This document shows, piece after piece, positions 34,486-47,999 of a stretch of DNA of 64,000 nt. The stretch spans positions 930,001 through 994,000 of the forward strand of contig OZ025786.1 of assembly GCA_964019425.1 (NCBI GenBank). The letters are read 5' to 3'. The notes under the pieces were generated by a model, which ran no database searches, was not told where the DNA came from, and saw only the letters and a program-made list of their open reading frames with translations. Numbering within the stretch: position 1 is the first letter of the stretch; every line of letters begins with the position of its first letter. The stretch is from Flectonema sp. DT1601. Lineage: Eukaryota. The translations under genes and the position numbers were made by a program.

Positions 34486-35160
34486 CTTTTAATTATTTTA
34501 AAGAAAAAACAATATTCTTTTTTATTAATTTTGAAAAAAAAAACAATCAGTTTAGCGTCTTGACCAGGACGGAAAATAGAAAGTGATCGACATAGTCGAT
34601 CGATAAAAAAACAATGATAACATTGTTTATTCTTTTTTTTTTTTTTTTAAATTCTTATTATTTATTTTTTAAACAAAAAAAAACGGAAAATAAAAATTAG
34701 TCGACAAAGTCGAACGATAAAAAAAAACAATGATAACATTGTTTATTCTTTTTTTTTTTGTTTTTTTTTTATATTCTTTTTTATTAATTTTGAAAAAAAA
34801 AACAATCAGTTTAGCGTCTTGACCAGGACGGAAAATAGAAAGTAATCGACATAGTCGATCGATAAAAAAACAATGATAACATTGTTTAATCTTTTTTTTT
34901 TTTTTTTAAATTCTTTTTATTTATTTTTGGGAAAACCTCTAATTCAACAAAAATAGTTTGCGAAATCGCCAACTCCCTACAAAAAAAAGTTATCCACCAG
35001 GACTCGAACTTGACCCGAAAAATTGACCATCGGCCGAAATATTAGGGAAAAAAGTTACCGCACCGGGACTCGAACTTGACAGATTTAAAAAAAAAAAAAA
35101 ATTCTTAATTTTTATTACAAAGTTTTTTTGTTGCAGCTTTCCACAAAAAAAAATTAAAAG

Positions 35161-35822
35161 ATGCCTGCTACTACTTATGCTGTTGGAGACTACTTCCGCA
35201 CACAGGAAGAACTGATCCAGACTGTGTTTCGGGTGAACACTGTGCTAGGACACAGCTGCAGGGTGCAGAGAAGGTGCCCCACGTACCTCACCCTCGCCTG
35301 TCCAAACGACGAATGCCAATGGACGGTGAAGGCAAAGGTGGTGGAGGGGGAGTGCCGCGTGACGAAGGTGGAGAGTCACACTTGCGCACCTGGGGAAGCG
35401 AGGCGGGGCTGCGATGGCACGTCGGACTGGATTTCCAGTATTTTGGAAGAGAAGGTAGCCAGTCAGTTTGACTACGGGCCGAAACAAGCGGCAATTGACT
35501 TAAAGTCATTCCGCGACGTTGCGGTCCCCAAAAAGACTGTGGAGAGGGGTCTGGAGAAGGCCAAGGAGAAGGTCCACGGGTTGATGGGCGAGCAGTACGG
35601 CCTGATAGCACCGTACCTCACCGACCTCCAACAGCGCAACAGCCAGATGTACTGGAACATCGAGAAGAGAGATGATGGTGCTTTTGAGAGGGTGTTTTGG
35701 TCTTTTGTGAGGCCAGAAACAGCTGAGCACCTGGCACCTGTCATCTGCAGCGATGCATGCAGTCTGACGGGTCCGTTTGGTGGGTGCTTGTTCATCACCG
35801 TGGGGATCGACGCCGAAAGGGT
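35161..35822 (+). pseudogene. MuDR transposase, 5' part
   Basis: Zn DNA-binding region (CPNDECQW...HTC) and the first catalytic Asp (CSDAC...GIDAE), cut by the insertion at 35823. Confidence 0.9.
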
Positions 35823-36280
35823 GAATTTCGAAAAGGTGGGAAGTAACGGACTGGGAGCTTTTGGCTCCTGCCCTATTCCCGATGTAAACTTTCTTTTTAT
35901 TTTTTTTTTTTTTTTTAACAGGCCCAAAGGGCGACAATGATGGTTGCTGACCAAGGAATAATATTCAAATGAATTTTCGTTTCAAAGAAACGAACAGAAT
36001 TAAGAGAGAGGTAGAGAAAAAAAAAAAAAAAAAAAAAAAAAAAAGAAAGAATAGAAAAAAAATATGAAGAGGAAATAATCAAACATGAAAAAAAAAAAAA
36101 AAAAATAAAATATAAATAAAAAACGTTGTATGAAAAAGGAAAAAAAGAAAAAAAAAAGACCAGAAAAGGAAAGAGAAAATGAAAAGGTATAATATTATTG
36201 TGGGGATATGAGGATAGCAGGGAGATGCTCTTTTTTTTTTTTTTTTTTTCTTTTTTTTTTTATTTATTATTTAAAAAAAG

Positions 36281-37088
36281 AAACAATCAGTTTAGCGTCT
36301 CGATCAGGACGGAAAATAGAAATTAATCGACATAGTCGATCGATAGAAAAAAAACAATGATAACATTGTTTATTCCTTTTTTTTTTTTTTTTTTTTTTAT
36401 TCTTTTTATTTATTTTTAAAGAAAAAACAATCAGTTTAGCGTCCTGACCAGGACGGAAAATTGAAAGTGATCGACATAGTCGATCGATAGAAAAAAAACA
36501 ATGATAACATTGTTTATTCCTTTTTTTTTTTTTTTTTTTTTTATTCTTTTTATTTATTTTTAAAGAAAAAACAATCAGTTTAGCGTCCTGACCAGGACGG
36601 AAAATTGAAAGTGATCGACATAGTCGATCGATAGAAAAAAAACAATGATAACATTGTTTATTCCTTTTTTTTTTTTTTTTTTTTTTATTCTTTTTATTTA
36701 TTTTTAAAGAAAAAACAATCAGTTTAGCGTCCTGACCAGGACGGAAAATTGAAAGTGATCGACATAGTCGATCGATAGAAAAAAAACAATGATAACATTG
36801 TTTATTCTTTTTTTTTTTTTTTTTTTTTTTAAATCCTTTTAATTATTTTAAAGAAAAACAATCAGTTTAGCGTCTTGACCAGGGCGGAAAATAGAAAGTA
36901 ATCGACATAGTCGATCGATAAAAAAAAAACAATGATAACATTGTTTATTCCTTTTTTTTTTTTTTTTTTTTTATTCTTTTTATTTATTTTTAAAGAAAAA
37001 ACAATCAGTTTAGCGTCCTGACCAGGACGGAAAATTGAAAGTGATCGACATAGTCGATCGATAAAAAAACAATGATAACATTGTTTAT

Positions 37089-37125
<37 letters not shown>

Positions 37126-37902
37126 CTTTTAATTATTTTTTAAAGAAAAAACAATCAGTTTAGCGTCTTGACCAGGACGGAAAATAGAAAGTGATCGACA
37201 TAGTCGATCGATAAAAAACAATGATAACATTGTTTATTCTTTTTTTTTTTTTTTTTTTTTTTTTTAATCCTTTTTATTATTTTAAAGAAAAAACAATCAG
37301 TTTAGCGTCTTGACCAGGACGGAAAATAGAAAGTGATCGACATAGTCGATCGATAAAAAAACAATGATAACATTGTTTATTCTTTTTTTTTTTTTTTTTT
37401 TAAATTCTTTTTATTTATTTTTAAAGAAAAAAAAACGGAAAATAAAAATTAGTCGACAAAGTCGAACGATAAAAAAAAAACAATGATAACATTGTTTATT
37501 CTTTTTTTTTTTGTTTTTTTTTATTCTTTTTTATTAATTTTGAAAAAAAAAACAATCAGTTTAGCGTCTTGACTAGGACGGAAAATAGAAAGTAATCGAC
37601 ATAGTCGATCGATAAAAAAAAACAATGATAACATTGTTTACTCTTTTTTTTTTTTTTTTTTTAAATTCTTTTTATTTTAAAAAGAAAAAAAACGGAAAAT
37701 AGAAATTAGTCGACAAAGTCGAACGATAAAAAAAAAACAATGATAACATTGTTTATTCTTTTTTTTTTATTTTTTTTTTTTATATTCTTTTTTATTAATT
37801 TTGAAAAAAAAACAATCAGTTTAGCGTCTTGACCAGGACGGAAAATAGAAAGTGATCGACATAGTCGATCGATAAAAAAAAACAATGATAACATTGTTTA
37901 TT

Positions 37903-37936
<34 letters not shown>

Positions 37937-38305
37937 CTTTTTTTTTTTTAAAGAAAAAACAATCAGTTTAGCGTCTTGACCAGGACGGAAAATAGAAAGT
38001 AATCGACATAGTCGATCGATAAAAAAAACAATGATAACATTGTTTATTCTTTTTTTTTTTTTTTAAATCTTTTTATTTATTTTTTAAAAAGAAAAAAAAA
38101 AAACGGAAACTAGAAATTAGTCAACAACGTCGAACGATAAAAAAAAACAATGATAACATTGTTTATTCTTTTTTTTTTATTTTTTTTTGTATTCTTTTTT
38201 ATTAATTTTGAAAAAAAACAATCAGTTTTGCGTCTTGACCAGGACGGAAAATAGAAAGTGATCGACATAGTCGATCGATAAAAAAACAATGATAACATTG
38301 TTTAT

Positions 38306-38343
<38 letters not shown>

Positions 38344-39047
38344 CTTTTTATTATTTTTAAAGAAAAAACAATCAGTTTAGCGTCTTGACCAGGACGAAAA
38401 ATAGAAAGTGATCGACATAGTCGATCGATAAAATAAAACAATGATAACATTGTTTATTCTTTTTTTTTTTTTTTTTTTTTTTTTAAATCCTTTTTATTAT
38501 TTTTAAAGAAAAAACAATCAGTTTAGCGTCTTGACCAGGACGAAAAATAGAAAGTGATCGACATAGTCGATCGATAAAAAAACAATGATAACATTGTTTA
38601 TTCTTTTTTTTTTTTTTTTTTATTTTAAATCCTTCTTTTTATTTTTTAAACCTTTTAATTATTTTTTAAAGAAAAAACAATCAGTTTAGCGTCTTGACCA
38701 GGACGGAAAATAGAAAGTAATCGACATAGTCGATCGATAAAATAAAAACAATGATAACATTGTTTATTCCTTTTTTTTTTTTTTTTATTCTTTTTATTTA
38801 TTTTTAAAGAAAAAACAATCAGTTTAGCGTCCTGACCAGGACGGGAAATAGAAAGTGATCGACATAGTCGATCGATAAAAAAACAATGATAACATTGTTT
38901 ATTCTTTTTTTTTTTTTTTTTTTTTTTTTTAATTCTTTTTATTTATTTTTTAAAGAAAAAACATCAGTTTAGCGTCTTGACCAGGACGGAAAATAGAAAT
39001 TAGTCGACAAAGTCGATCGATAACAAAACAATGATAACATTGTTTAT

Positions 39048-39078
<31 letters not shown>

Positions 39079-39860
39079 CTTTTTATTTATTTTTTAAAGA
39101 AAAAACAATCAGTTTAGCGTCCTGACCAGGACGGAAAATAGAAAGTAATCGACATAGTCGATCGATAAAAAAAACAATGATAACATTGTTTAATCTTTTT
39201 TTTCTTTTTTTTTTTTTTATTCTTTTTATTTATTTAGAAAAAACAATCAGTTTAGCGTCTTGACCAGGACGGAAAATAGAAATTAGTCGACAAAGTCGAT
39301 CGATAAAAAAACAATGATAACATTGTTTATTCTTTTTTTTTTTTTTTTTTTTTAAATTCTTTTTATTTATTTTTTAAGAAAAAAAAACGGAAAATAGAAA
39401 TTAGTCGACAAAGTCGAACGATAAAAAAACAATGATAACATTGTTTATTCTTTTTTTTATTTTTTTTTTTTATTCTTTTTTATTAATTTTGAAAAAAAAA
39501 AAAAACCAATCAGTTTAGCGTCTTGACCAGGACGGAAAATAGAAAGTAATCGACATAGTCGATCGATAAAAAAACAATGATAACATTGTTTATTCTTTTT
39601 TTTTTTTTTTTTTTAAATTCTTTTTATTTATTTTTTAAGAAGAAAAACGGAAAATAGAAATTAGTCGACAAAGTCGAACGATAAAAAAACAATGATAACA
39701 TTGTTTATTCTTTTTTTTATTTTTTTTTTTATATTCTTTTTTATTAATTTTGAAAAAAAAAAAAAAAACAATCAGTTTAGCGTCTTGACCAGGACGGAAA
39801 ATAGAAAGTAATCGACATAGTCGATCGATAAAAATACAATGATAACATTGTTTAATCTTT
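36281..39860 (+). repeat. Hairpin satellite A array (~90-130-bp units)
   Basis: Three conserved palindromes per unit, separated by variable T and A tracts. Confidence 0.95.
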
Positions 39861-40100
39861 TATAATTTTTTATTTTTTTTTTTGTTTTAAAAAAAAAAAA
39901 AAAAAACAAGCGGAATTGATCATAATGGGTGGTAGGGGTTGTTATAACTTCGTTTGAAAATTCTTCTTTTTTGATTTCTTTTTTTTTTTCTTTTTACAGG
40001 AGTTAAGATCACTTTCAGGAGACAACACATTAACAAGAGCAGCAAGCAGAGTTGACACTATCAATTCAAATTTGAAATACCGGGAATTAATTTACAAGGA

Positions 40101-40195
40101 GGTATCTCAAGTGACTTGGTATCTCTAGCGTGTCGGTATCTCTGGAGTGCTGGTATCTCGTATGTGCGTTGGTATCTCATGAGTGATGGTATCTC
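40101..40195 (-). repeat. Six GAGATACC motifs at 17-19-nt spacing (also 46457-46551, 61211-61305, 63412-63506)
   Basis: ggtatctc occurs six times with differing spacers. Confidence 0.9.
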
Positions 40196-40523
40196 TTGTG
40201 CATTAGAGAAACGAAAAAGAATGTCATGACCATGACGGAAGAATTGAGGAATTGAGTTAACATGTTCAATTTAACTTATTTAAACTTTTTTTTTTTTTTT
40301 TTAACAGACCGTAACTATTTGAAAATAAAATGTAGATGGGAAACAGTGAAAAGTAAAATGGATGATAAAATTAAATGAGAAATATGACATAACAGACCAG
40401 ATAGAGAGTATTAAAAGGAAATTGAAAAGGAAAAGAGAAACTAGGTTAACACTTATTTAAAATTAAGACCGGTTAGTCAGTTTAAGGTCTTGACTAGGAC
40501 CAACAAAAAAGAAAGAAAAAAAA

Positions 40524-41360
40524 ATTAACGATCAAGCTGAGCTGATCTTGTTTTTATTACAAATAGGGGAGCGGGAGGGATGGAAGGAATAGAGGAAAAA
40601 AAAAGAAAAGGTTGATCAATTGGATCTGATCGTCGAGAAGAAGAAATTATTTTAAAGGTTGATCGGTATAGCCGATCGTTGAGAAAAATAAACAGATATA
40701 AATACAATCAGTTTAAATTAAAAAAAGAAAAAAAGATTAACGATCAAGCTGAGCTGATCTTGTTTTTATTACAAATAGGGGAGCGGGAGGGATGGAAGGA
40801 ATAGAGGAAAAAAAAAGAAAAGGTTGATCAATTGGATCTGATCGTCGAGAAGAAGAAATTATTTTAAAGGTTGATCGGTATAGCCGATCGTTGAGAAAAA
40901 TAAACAGATATAAATACAATCAGTTTAAATTAAAAAAAGAAAAAAAGATTAACGATCAAGCTGAGCTGATCTTGTTTTTATTACAAATAGGGGAGCGGGA
41001 GGGATGGAAGGAATAGAGGAAAAAAAAAAGAAAAGGTTGATCAATTGGATCTGATCGTCGAGAAGAAGAAATTATTTTAAAGGTTGATCGGTATAGCCGA
41101 TCGTCGAGAAAAATAAACAGATATAAATACAATCAGTTTAAATTAAAAAAAGAAAAAAAGATTAACGATCAAGCTGAGCTGATCTTGTTTTTATTTAAAA
41201 TTAGGGGAGCGGGAGGGATGGAAGGAATAAAGGAAAAAAAAAAAAAAAAAAAGGTCGATCAATTGGATCTGATCGTCGAGAAGAAGAAAACAATTATTTA
41301 TAAAAAAAAATGGTCGGTATAGCCGATCGTTGAGAAAAGAACAGATATAAATACAATCGG
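40524..41360 (+). repeat. 212-bp repeat B, four copies (three at ~46880-47505, two at ~60470-60885, two at ~62700-63120)
   Basis: Identical 60-aa ORFs 212 nt apart. Each unit has GATC-closed hairpins. Confidence 0.92.
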
Positions 41361-41855
41361 TTTTGGTGATCGACGAGTGGAGCGATCACTTGACAAGAAG
41401 GAAAAAGAAAGGACCGATTAATTGGGGCTTTGATTGTATTCCCAAGGCATGTTTTTTTTTTTTTTTTTTTATTATTCATTTACATTATTATTTTTTTTTT
41501 TTTTTTTAAATTAATAATCACATTTTGTTCAAAAATATTTCATATTAGAGTAAAAGAAAAAGAAAAAAAGAAATAAGAGAAAAAAAAAAAAAAAAAAAAA
41601 CCATTGCTGGCCCCCTCACCACTCATAGAGGATGAGGAGGCCAGTAAGGCGTCACTCAAATCTATGCCAAGCCTTGGGAACTTGGATTAGGGTTTAGACC
41701 ATTTATAATTAACAATTAACAATTAACCTGATTAACGTTATGATCTGACGGACATAAACATATCGATAAAATAATACAAACAAAAACGAACAATAAATAA
41801 TAAATAAGCTAAAAAACTAAATAAACAAAGTGATGTGAAAGTAAGGAAAAGAGAA

Positions 41856-43154
41856 TTACAAGGGGGTGGAGTCACCGTGAACGTCATCAGCAGAACATCT
41901 CCTTCGATTGTAACGATATCTTGATGGAGGGGTTCGTTTTTTCAGAGTTGAACGCTCAGACTTTCTCGGCGGAGTTTCATTTTCCTCATGTTCTTCTGTG
42001 TCTGGCGGACTCAAACCTTCTGCCCATGAAGCTAATTGGAACTTCAGGGCCGCAATTTGAGACCGTGCCAAGGCGAGTTGAGCATTTAAATCGCTCGCCA
42101 GTCCCGTTAACATCATGGATTGCTCAAGCTGCTCTGCGTGAGTTGTACACCGTTGGTGATTCAGCTCCGAGAGGCGAAGTTGGGCATCCAGAAGTTGTTC
42201 TGAGAGCTCTGCCGCTTTCTCGTTTGTTTCGAGAGAGTCATCTACTGCTCGACAGTAATTCTCGAGTAAGTCAATCCTACCCTCGGACCATTGTCTCGCA
42301 ATAGGTGTATTCTCTTTAACGGAGATAACGTGACTCTCTTGTCGTAAAATCTTGGTCGGCGTGCGGTCGAGAGCTTCACTCTGCGGCATTGTCGGAGGAA
42401 TTGAGGCTAGAGGACAAAGAGGGGTGATATAATTAAGGGTAGGGATAAGGGGTTTAATAAGAGGAGTAAAAAGACTACTCGTAGTTGTAAAGAGCGAGAG
42501 GTAGTTCTTTGCTATCTTCATCATAGCAACAGATTCATATAGAACGGGGGTTCGGGGGGAAACTTGTTGACTAAAGTGGGTCATACGGGGACGCGCGGCA
42601 CGCAAACTCTCGACCTCCTGTTGAGTATAGAAAAGTCTTATTTTACTTTCTCTTTCCTCATTACATTTGGTCTCCAATTCGTTCGACAGAAGAACAAACC
42701 TTTGATGGTAATTAAAGAGCGCCATTTCCGATAGGTCTGCTCTCTGAGTCAGATTTGCGAGCTCACGTTTCCTGTAATCTTCCACTAAGTCATATTGTCG
42801 AACTAGTGCAGAAAGAGAAGTCTTCGATTCATCGCGTTCTGCTGTTAACCGTTGAATTACTCCTTCCAGAAGTTCATATTCTTTTCTATCTTTTTCAATA
42901 ATTAAAACAGGGGGCGCAGGAGGAAGTGAGGATGGATCCTGGTTGGTAGCTTTGATCTCAACAGGTAATCCATTTAGTAACTGCTTGTCTTTCTCGAGGG
43001 AGGCTGACATCGCATTAAAGTAAAATAAAAATAGAACATAAAAAATTCGTTCTTTCATTTGCTCTAATTCGTTTTCTAAAATCTGGCATTTCAAGGAAAG
43101 TTTCAGCCTTAATTTTCCTTCTTTTTTTTTGTACAAGGGGGTTTGAGAACCCAT
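41856..43154 (-). CDS. Element-encoded coiled-coil protein of unknown function, copy 1
   Basis: The 432 aa from MGSQ are identical in three copies despite DNA differences. The ORF-track extension to 43331 crosses the unit junction. Confidence 0.75.
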   Translation of the reverse strand: MGSQTPLYKKKEGKLRLKLSLKCQILENELEQMKERIFYVLFLFYFNAMSASLEKDKQLLNGLPVEIKATNQDPSSLPPAPPVLIIEKDRKEYELLEGVIQRLTAERDESKTSLSALVRQYDLVEDYRKRELANLTQRADLSEMALFNYHQRFVLLSNELETKCNEERESKIRLFYTQQEVESLRAARPRMTHFSQQVSPRTPVLYESVAMMKIAKNYLSLFTTTSSLFTPLIKPLIPTLNYITPLCPLASIPPTMPQSEALDRTPTKILRQESHVISVKENTPIARQWSEGRIDLLENYCRAVDDSLETNEKAAELSEQLLDAQLRLSELNHQRCTTHAEQLEQSMMLTGLASDLNAQLALARSQIAALKFQLASWAEGLSPPDTEEHEENETPPRKSERSTLKKRTPPSRYRYNRRRCSADDVHGDSTPL

Positions 43155-43614
43155 GTCAGATTGAGTTCTTATCACTATAGCGAAATCAGCAGGAAGTGTT
43201 TGCGATCCCGTTGAGGCTGAATTTCGATAAGTGGGAAGTAACGGACTGGGAGCTTTTGGCTCCTGCCCTATTCCCGACGTAAACTTTCTTTTTATTTTTT
43301 TTTTTTTTTTAACAGGCCCAAAGGGCGACAATGATGGTTGCTGACCAAGGAATAATATTCAAATGAATTTTCGTTTCAAAGAAACGAACAGAATTAAGAG
43401 AGAGGTAGAGAAAAAAAAAAAAAAAAAAAAAAAGAAAGAATAGAAAAAAAATATGAAGAGGAAATAATCAAACATGAAAAAAAAAAAAAAAAATAAAATA
43501 TAAATAAAAAACGTTGTATGAAAAAGGAAAAAAAGAAAAAAAAAAGACCAGAAAAGGAAAGAGAAAATGAAAAGGTATAATATTATTGTGGGGATATGAG
43601 GATAGCAGGGAGAT

Positions 43615-43652
<38 letters not shown>

Positions 43653-43670
43653 TTATTATTTAAAAAAAGG

Positions 43671-43905
43671 AAACAATCAGTTTAGCGTCTCGATCAGGAC
43701 GGAAAATAGAAATTAATCGACATAGTCGATCGATAGAAAAAAAACAATGATAACATTGTTTATTCCTTTTTTTTTTTTTTTTTTTTATTCTTTTTATTTA
43801 TTTTTAAAGAAAAAACAATCAGTTTAGCGTCCTGACCAGGACGGAAAATTGAAAGTGATCCACATAGTCGATCGATAGAAAAAAGACAATGATAACATTG
43901 TTTAT

Positions 43906-43938
<33 letters not shown>

Positions 43939-44330
43939 CTTTTAATTATTTTAAAGAAAAAACAATCAGTTTAGCGTCTTGACCAGGACGGAAAATAGAA
44001 AGTGATCGACATAGTCGATCGATAAAAAACAATGATAACATTGTTTATTCCTTTTTTTTTTCTTTTTTTTTTATTCTTTTTATTTATTTTTAAAGAAAAA
44101 ACAATCAGTTTAGCGTCCTGACCAGGACGGAAAATAGAAAGTAATCGACATAGTCGATCGATAAAAAAAAAACAATGATAACATTGTTTATTCCTTTTTT
44201 TTTTCTTTTTTTTTATTCTTTTTATTTATTTTTAAAGAAAAAACAATCAGTTTAGCGTCCTGACCAGGACGGAAAATTGAAAGTGATCGACATAGTCGAT
44301 CGATAAAAAAACAATGATAACATTGTTTAT

Positions 44331-44361
<31 letters not shown>

Positions 44362-45135
44362 CCTTTTAATTATTTTTTAAAGAAAAAACAATCAGTTTAG
44401 CGTCTTGACCAGGACGGAAAATAGAAAGTGATCGACATAGTCGATCGATAAAAAACAATGATAACATTGTTTATTCTTTTTTTTTTTTTTTTTTTTTTTT
44501 AATCCTTTTTATTATTTTAAAGAAAAAACAATCAGTTTAGCGTCTTGACCAGGACGGAAAATAGAAAGTGATCGACATAGTCGATCGATAAAAAAACAAT
44601 GATAACATTGTTTATTCTTTTTTTTTTTTTTTTTTTAAATTCTTTTTATTTATTTTTAAAGAAAAAAAACGGAAAATAAAAATTAGTCGACAAAGTCGAA
44701 CGATAAAAAAAAACAATGATAACATTGTTTATTCTTTTTTTTTTTGTTTTTTTTTATATTCTTTTTTATTAATTTTGAAAAAAAAACAATCAGTTTAGCG
44801 TCTTGACCAGGACGGAAAATAGAAAGTAATCGACATAGTCGATCGATAAAAAAAACAATGATAACATTGTTTACTCTTTTTTTTTTTTTTTTTTAAATTC
44901 TTTTTATTTTAAAAAGAAAAAAAACGGAAAATAGAAATTAGTCAACAAAGTCGAACGATAAAAAAAAAAACAATGATAACATTGTTTATTCTTTTTTTTT
45001 TATTTTTTTTTTTATATTCTTTTTTATTAATTTTGAAAAAAAAAACAATCAGTTTAGCGTCTTGACCAGGACGGAAAATAGAAAGTGATCGACATAGTCG
45101 ATCGATAAAAAAAAAACAATGATAACATTGTTTAT

Positions 45136-45172
<37 letters not shown>

Positions 45173-46215
45173 CTTTTTTTTTTTTTAAAGAAAAAACAAT
45201 CAGTTTAGCGTCTTGACCAGGACGGAAAATAGAAAGTAATCGACATAGTCGATCGATAAAAAAAACAATGATAACATTGTTTATTCTTTTTTTTTTTTTT
45301 TTTAAATCTTTTTATTTATTTTTTAAAAAGAAAAAAAAAAACGGAAAATAGAAATTAGTCAACAACGTCGAACGATAAAAAAAAAAACAATGATAACATT
45401 GTTTATTCTTTTTTTTTTTATTTTTTTTTGTATTCTTTTTTATTAATTTTGAAAAAAAAACAATCAGTTTTGCGTCTTGACCAGGACGGAAAATAGAAAG
45501 TGATCGACATAGTCGATCGATAAAAAAACAATGATAACATTGTTTATTCTTTTTTTTTTTTTTTTTTTTTTTAAATCCTTTTTATTATTTTTAAAGAAAA
45601 AACAATCAGTTTAGCGTCTTGACCAGGACGAAAAATAGAAAGTGATCGACATAGTCGATCGATAAAAAAACAATGATAACATTGTTTATTCTTTTTTTTT
45701 TTTTTCTTCTTTTTTTTAAATCCTTCTTTTTATTTTTTAAAGAAAAAACAATCAGTTTAGCGTCTTGACCAGGACGGAAAATAGAAAGTAATCGACATAG
45801 TCGATCGATAAAATAAAAACAATGATAACATTGTTTATTCCTTTTTTTTTTTTTTTTATTCTTTTTATTTATTTTTAAAGAAAAAAACGGAAAATAGAAA
45901 GTAATCGACATAGTCGATCGATAAAAAAACAATGATAACATTGTTTATTCCTTTTTTTTTTTTTTTTTTTTTAAATTCTTTTTATTTATTTTTTAAGAAA
46001 AAAACGGAGAATAGAAATTAGTCGACAAAGTCGAACGATAAAAAAACAATGATAACATTGTTTATTCTTTTTTTTATTTTTTTTTTTATATTCTTTTTTA
46101 TTAATTTTGAAAAAAAAAAAAAAACAATCAGTTTAGCGTCTTGACCAGGACGGAAAATAGAAAGTAATCGACATAGTCGATCGATAAAAATACAATGATA
46201 ACATTGTTTAATCTT
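43671..46215 (+). repeat. Hairpin satellite A array
   Basis: Same variant order as in unit 1, with fewer units. Confidence 0.95.
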
Positions 46216-47999
46216 TTATAATTTTTTATTTTTTTTTTTGTTTTAAAAAAAAAAAAAAAAAACAAGCGGAATTGATCATAATGGGTGGTAGGGGTTGTTA
46301 TAACTTCGTTTGAAAATTCTTCTTTTTTGATTTCTTTTTTTTTTTCTTTTTACAGGAGTTAAGATCACTTTCAGGAGACAACACATTAACAAGAGCAGCA
46401 AGCAGAGTTGACACTATCAATTCAAATTTGAAATACCGGGAATTAATTTACAAGGAGGTATCTCAAGTGACTTGGTATCTCTAGCGTGTCGGTATCTCTG
46501 GAGTGCTGGTATCTCGTATGTGCGTTGGTATCTCATGAGTGATGGTATCTCTTGTGCATTAGAGAAACGAAAAAGAATGTCATGACCATGACGGAAGAAT
46601 TGAGGAATTGAGTTAACATGTTCAATTTAACTTATTTAAACTTTTTTTTTTTTTTTAACAGACCGTAACTATTTGAAAATAAAATGTAGATGGGAAACAG
46701 TGAAAAGTAAAATGGATGATAAAATTAAATGAGAAATATGACATAACAGACCAGATAGAGAGTATTAAAAGGAAATTGAAAAGGAAAAGAGAAACTAGGT
46801 TAACACTTATTTAAAATTAAGACCGGTTAGTCAGTTTAAGGTCTTGACTAGGACCAACAAAAAAGAAAGAAAAAAAAATTTAACGATCAAGCTGAGCTGA
46901 TCTTGTTTTTATTACAAATAGGGGAGCGGGAGGGATGGAAGGAATAGAGGAAAAAAAAAAGAAAAGGTTGATCAATTGGATCTGATCGTCGAGAAGAGGA
47001 AATTTTTTTAAAGGTTGATCGGTATAGCCGATCGTTGAGAAAAATAAACAGATATAAATACAATCAGTTTAAATTAAAAAAAGAAAAAAAGATTAACGAT
47101 CAAGCTGAGCTGATCTTGTTTTTATTACAAATAGGGGAGCGGGAGGGATGGAAGGAATAGAGGAAAAAAAAAGAAAAGGTTGATCAATTGGATCTGATCG
47201 TCGAGAAGAAGAAATTATTTTAAAGGTTGATCGGTATAGCCGATCGTCGAGAAAAATAAACAGATATAAATACAATCAGTTTAAATTAAAAAAAGAAAAA
47301 AAGATTAACGATCAAGCTGAGCTGATCTTGTTTTTATTTAAAATTAGGGGAGCGGGAGGGATGGAAGGAATAAAGGAAAAAAAAAAAAAAAAAAGGTCGA
47401 TCAATTGGATCTGATCGTCGAGAAGAAGAAAACAATTATTTATAAAAAAAAATGGTCGGTATAGCCGATCGTTGAGAAAAGAACAGATATAAATACAATC
47501 GGTTTTGGTGATCGACGAGTGGAGCGATCACTTGACAAGAAGGAAAAAGAAAGGACCGATTAATTGGGGCTTTGATTGTATTCCCAAGGCATGTTTTTTT
47601 TTTTTTTTTTTTTATTATTCATTTACATTATTATTTTTTTTTTTTTTTTTTAAATTAATAATCACATTTTGTTCAAAAATATTTCATATTAGAGTAAAAG
47701 AAAAAGAAAAAAAGAAATAAGAGAAAAAAAAAAAAAAAAAAAACCATTGCTGGCCCCCTCACCACTCATAGAGGATGAGGAGGCCAGTAAGGCGTCACTC
47801 AAATCTATGCCAAGCCTTGGGAACTTGGATTGGGGTTTAGACCATTTATAATTAACAATTAACAATTAACCTGATTAACGTTATGATCTGACGGACATAA
47901 ACATATCGATAAAATAATACAAACAAAAACGAACAATAAATAATAAATAAGCTAAAAAACTAACTAAACAAAGTGATGTGAAAGTAAGGAAAAAGAGAA

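Larger units (their letters stand above)
35823..43214 (-). mobile_element. Unclassified hairpin-array/coiled-coil element, unit 1
   Basis: Terminal module, satellite A, GAGATACC array, four B repeats and the coiled-coil ORF. Colinear with unit 2. Confidence 0.85.

Noticed and set aside
36281..39860. CRISPR array
   Set aside because: The intervals are homopolymer variants of one sequence, not unique spacers. There are no cas genes and the context is eukaryotic.
37706..47720. Repeated 60-111-aa F/K-rich ORFs in satellite A and repeat B
   Set aside because: They derive from homopolymers, and frames are not kept between units.
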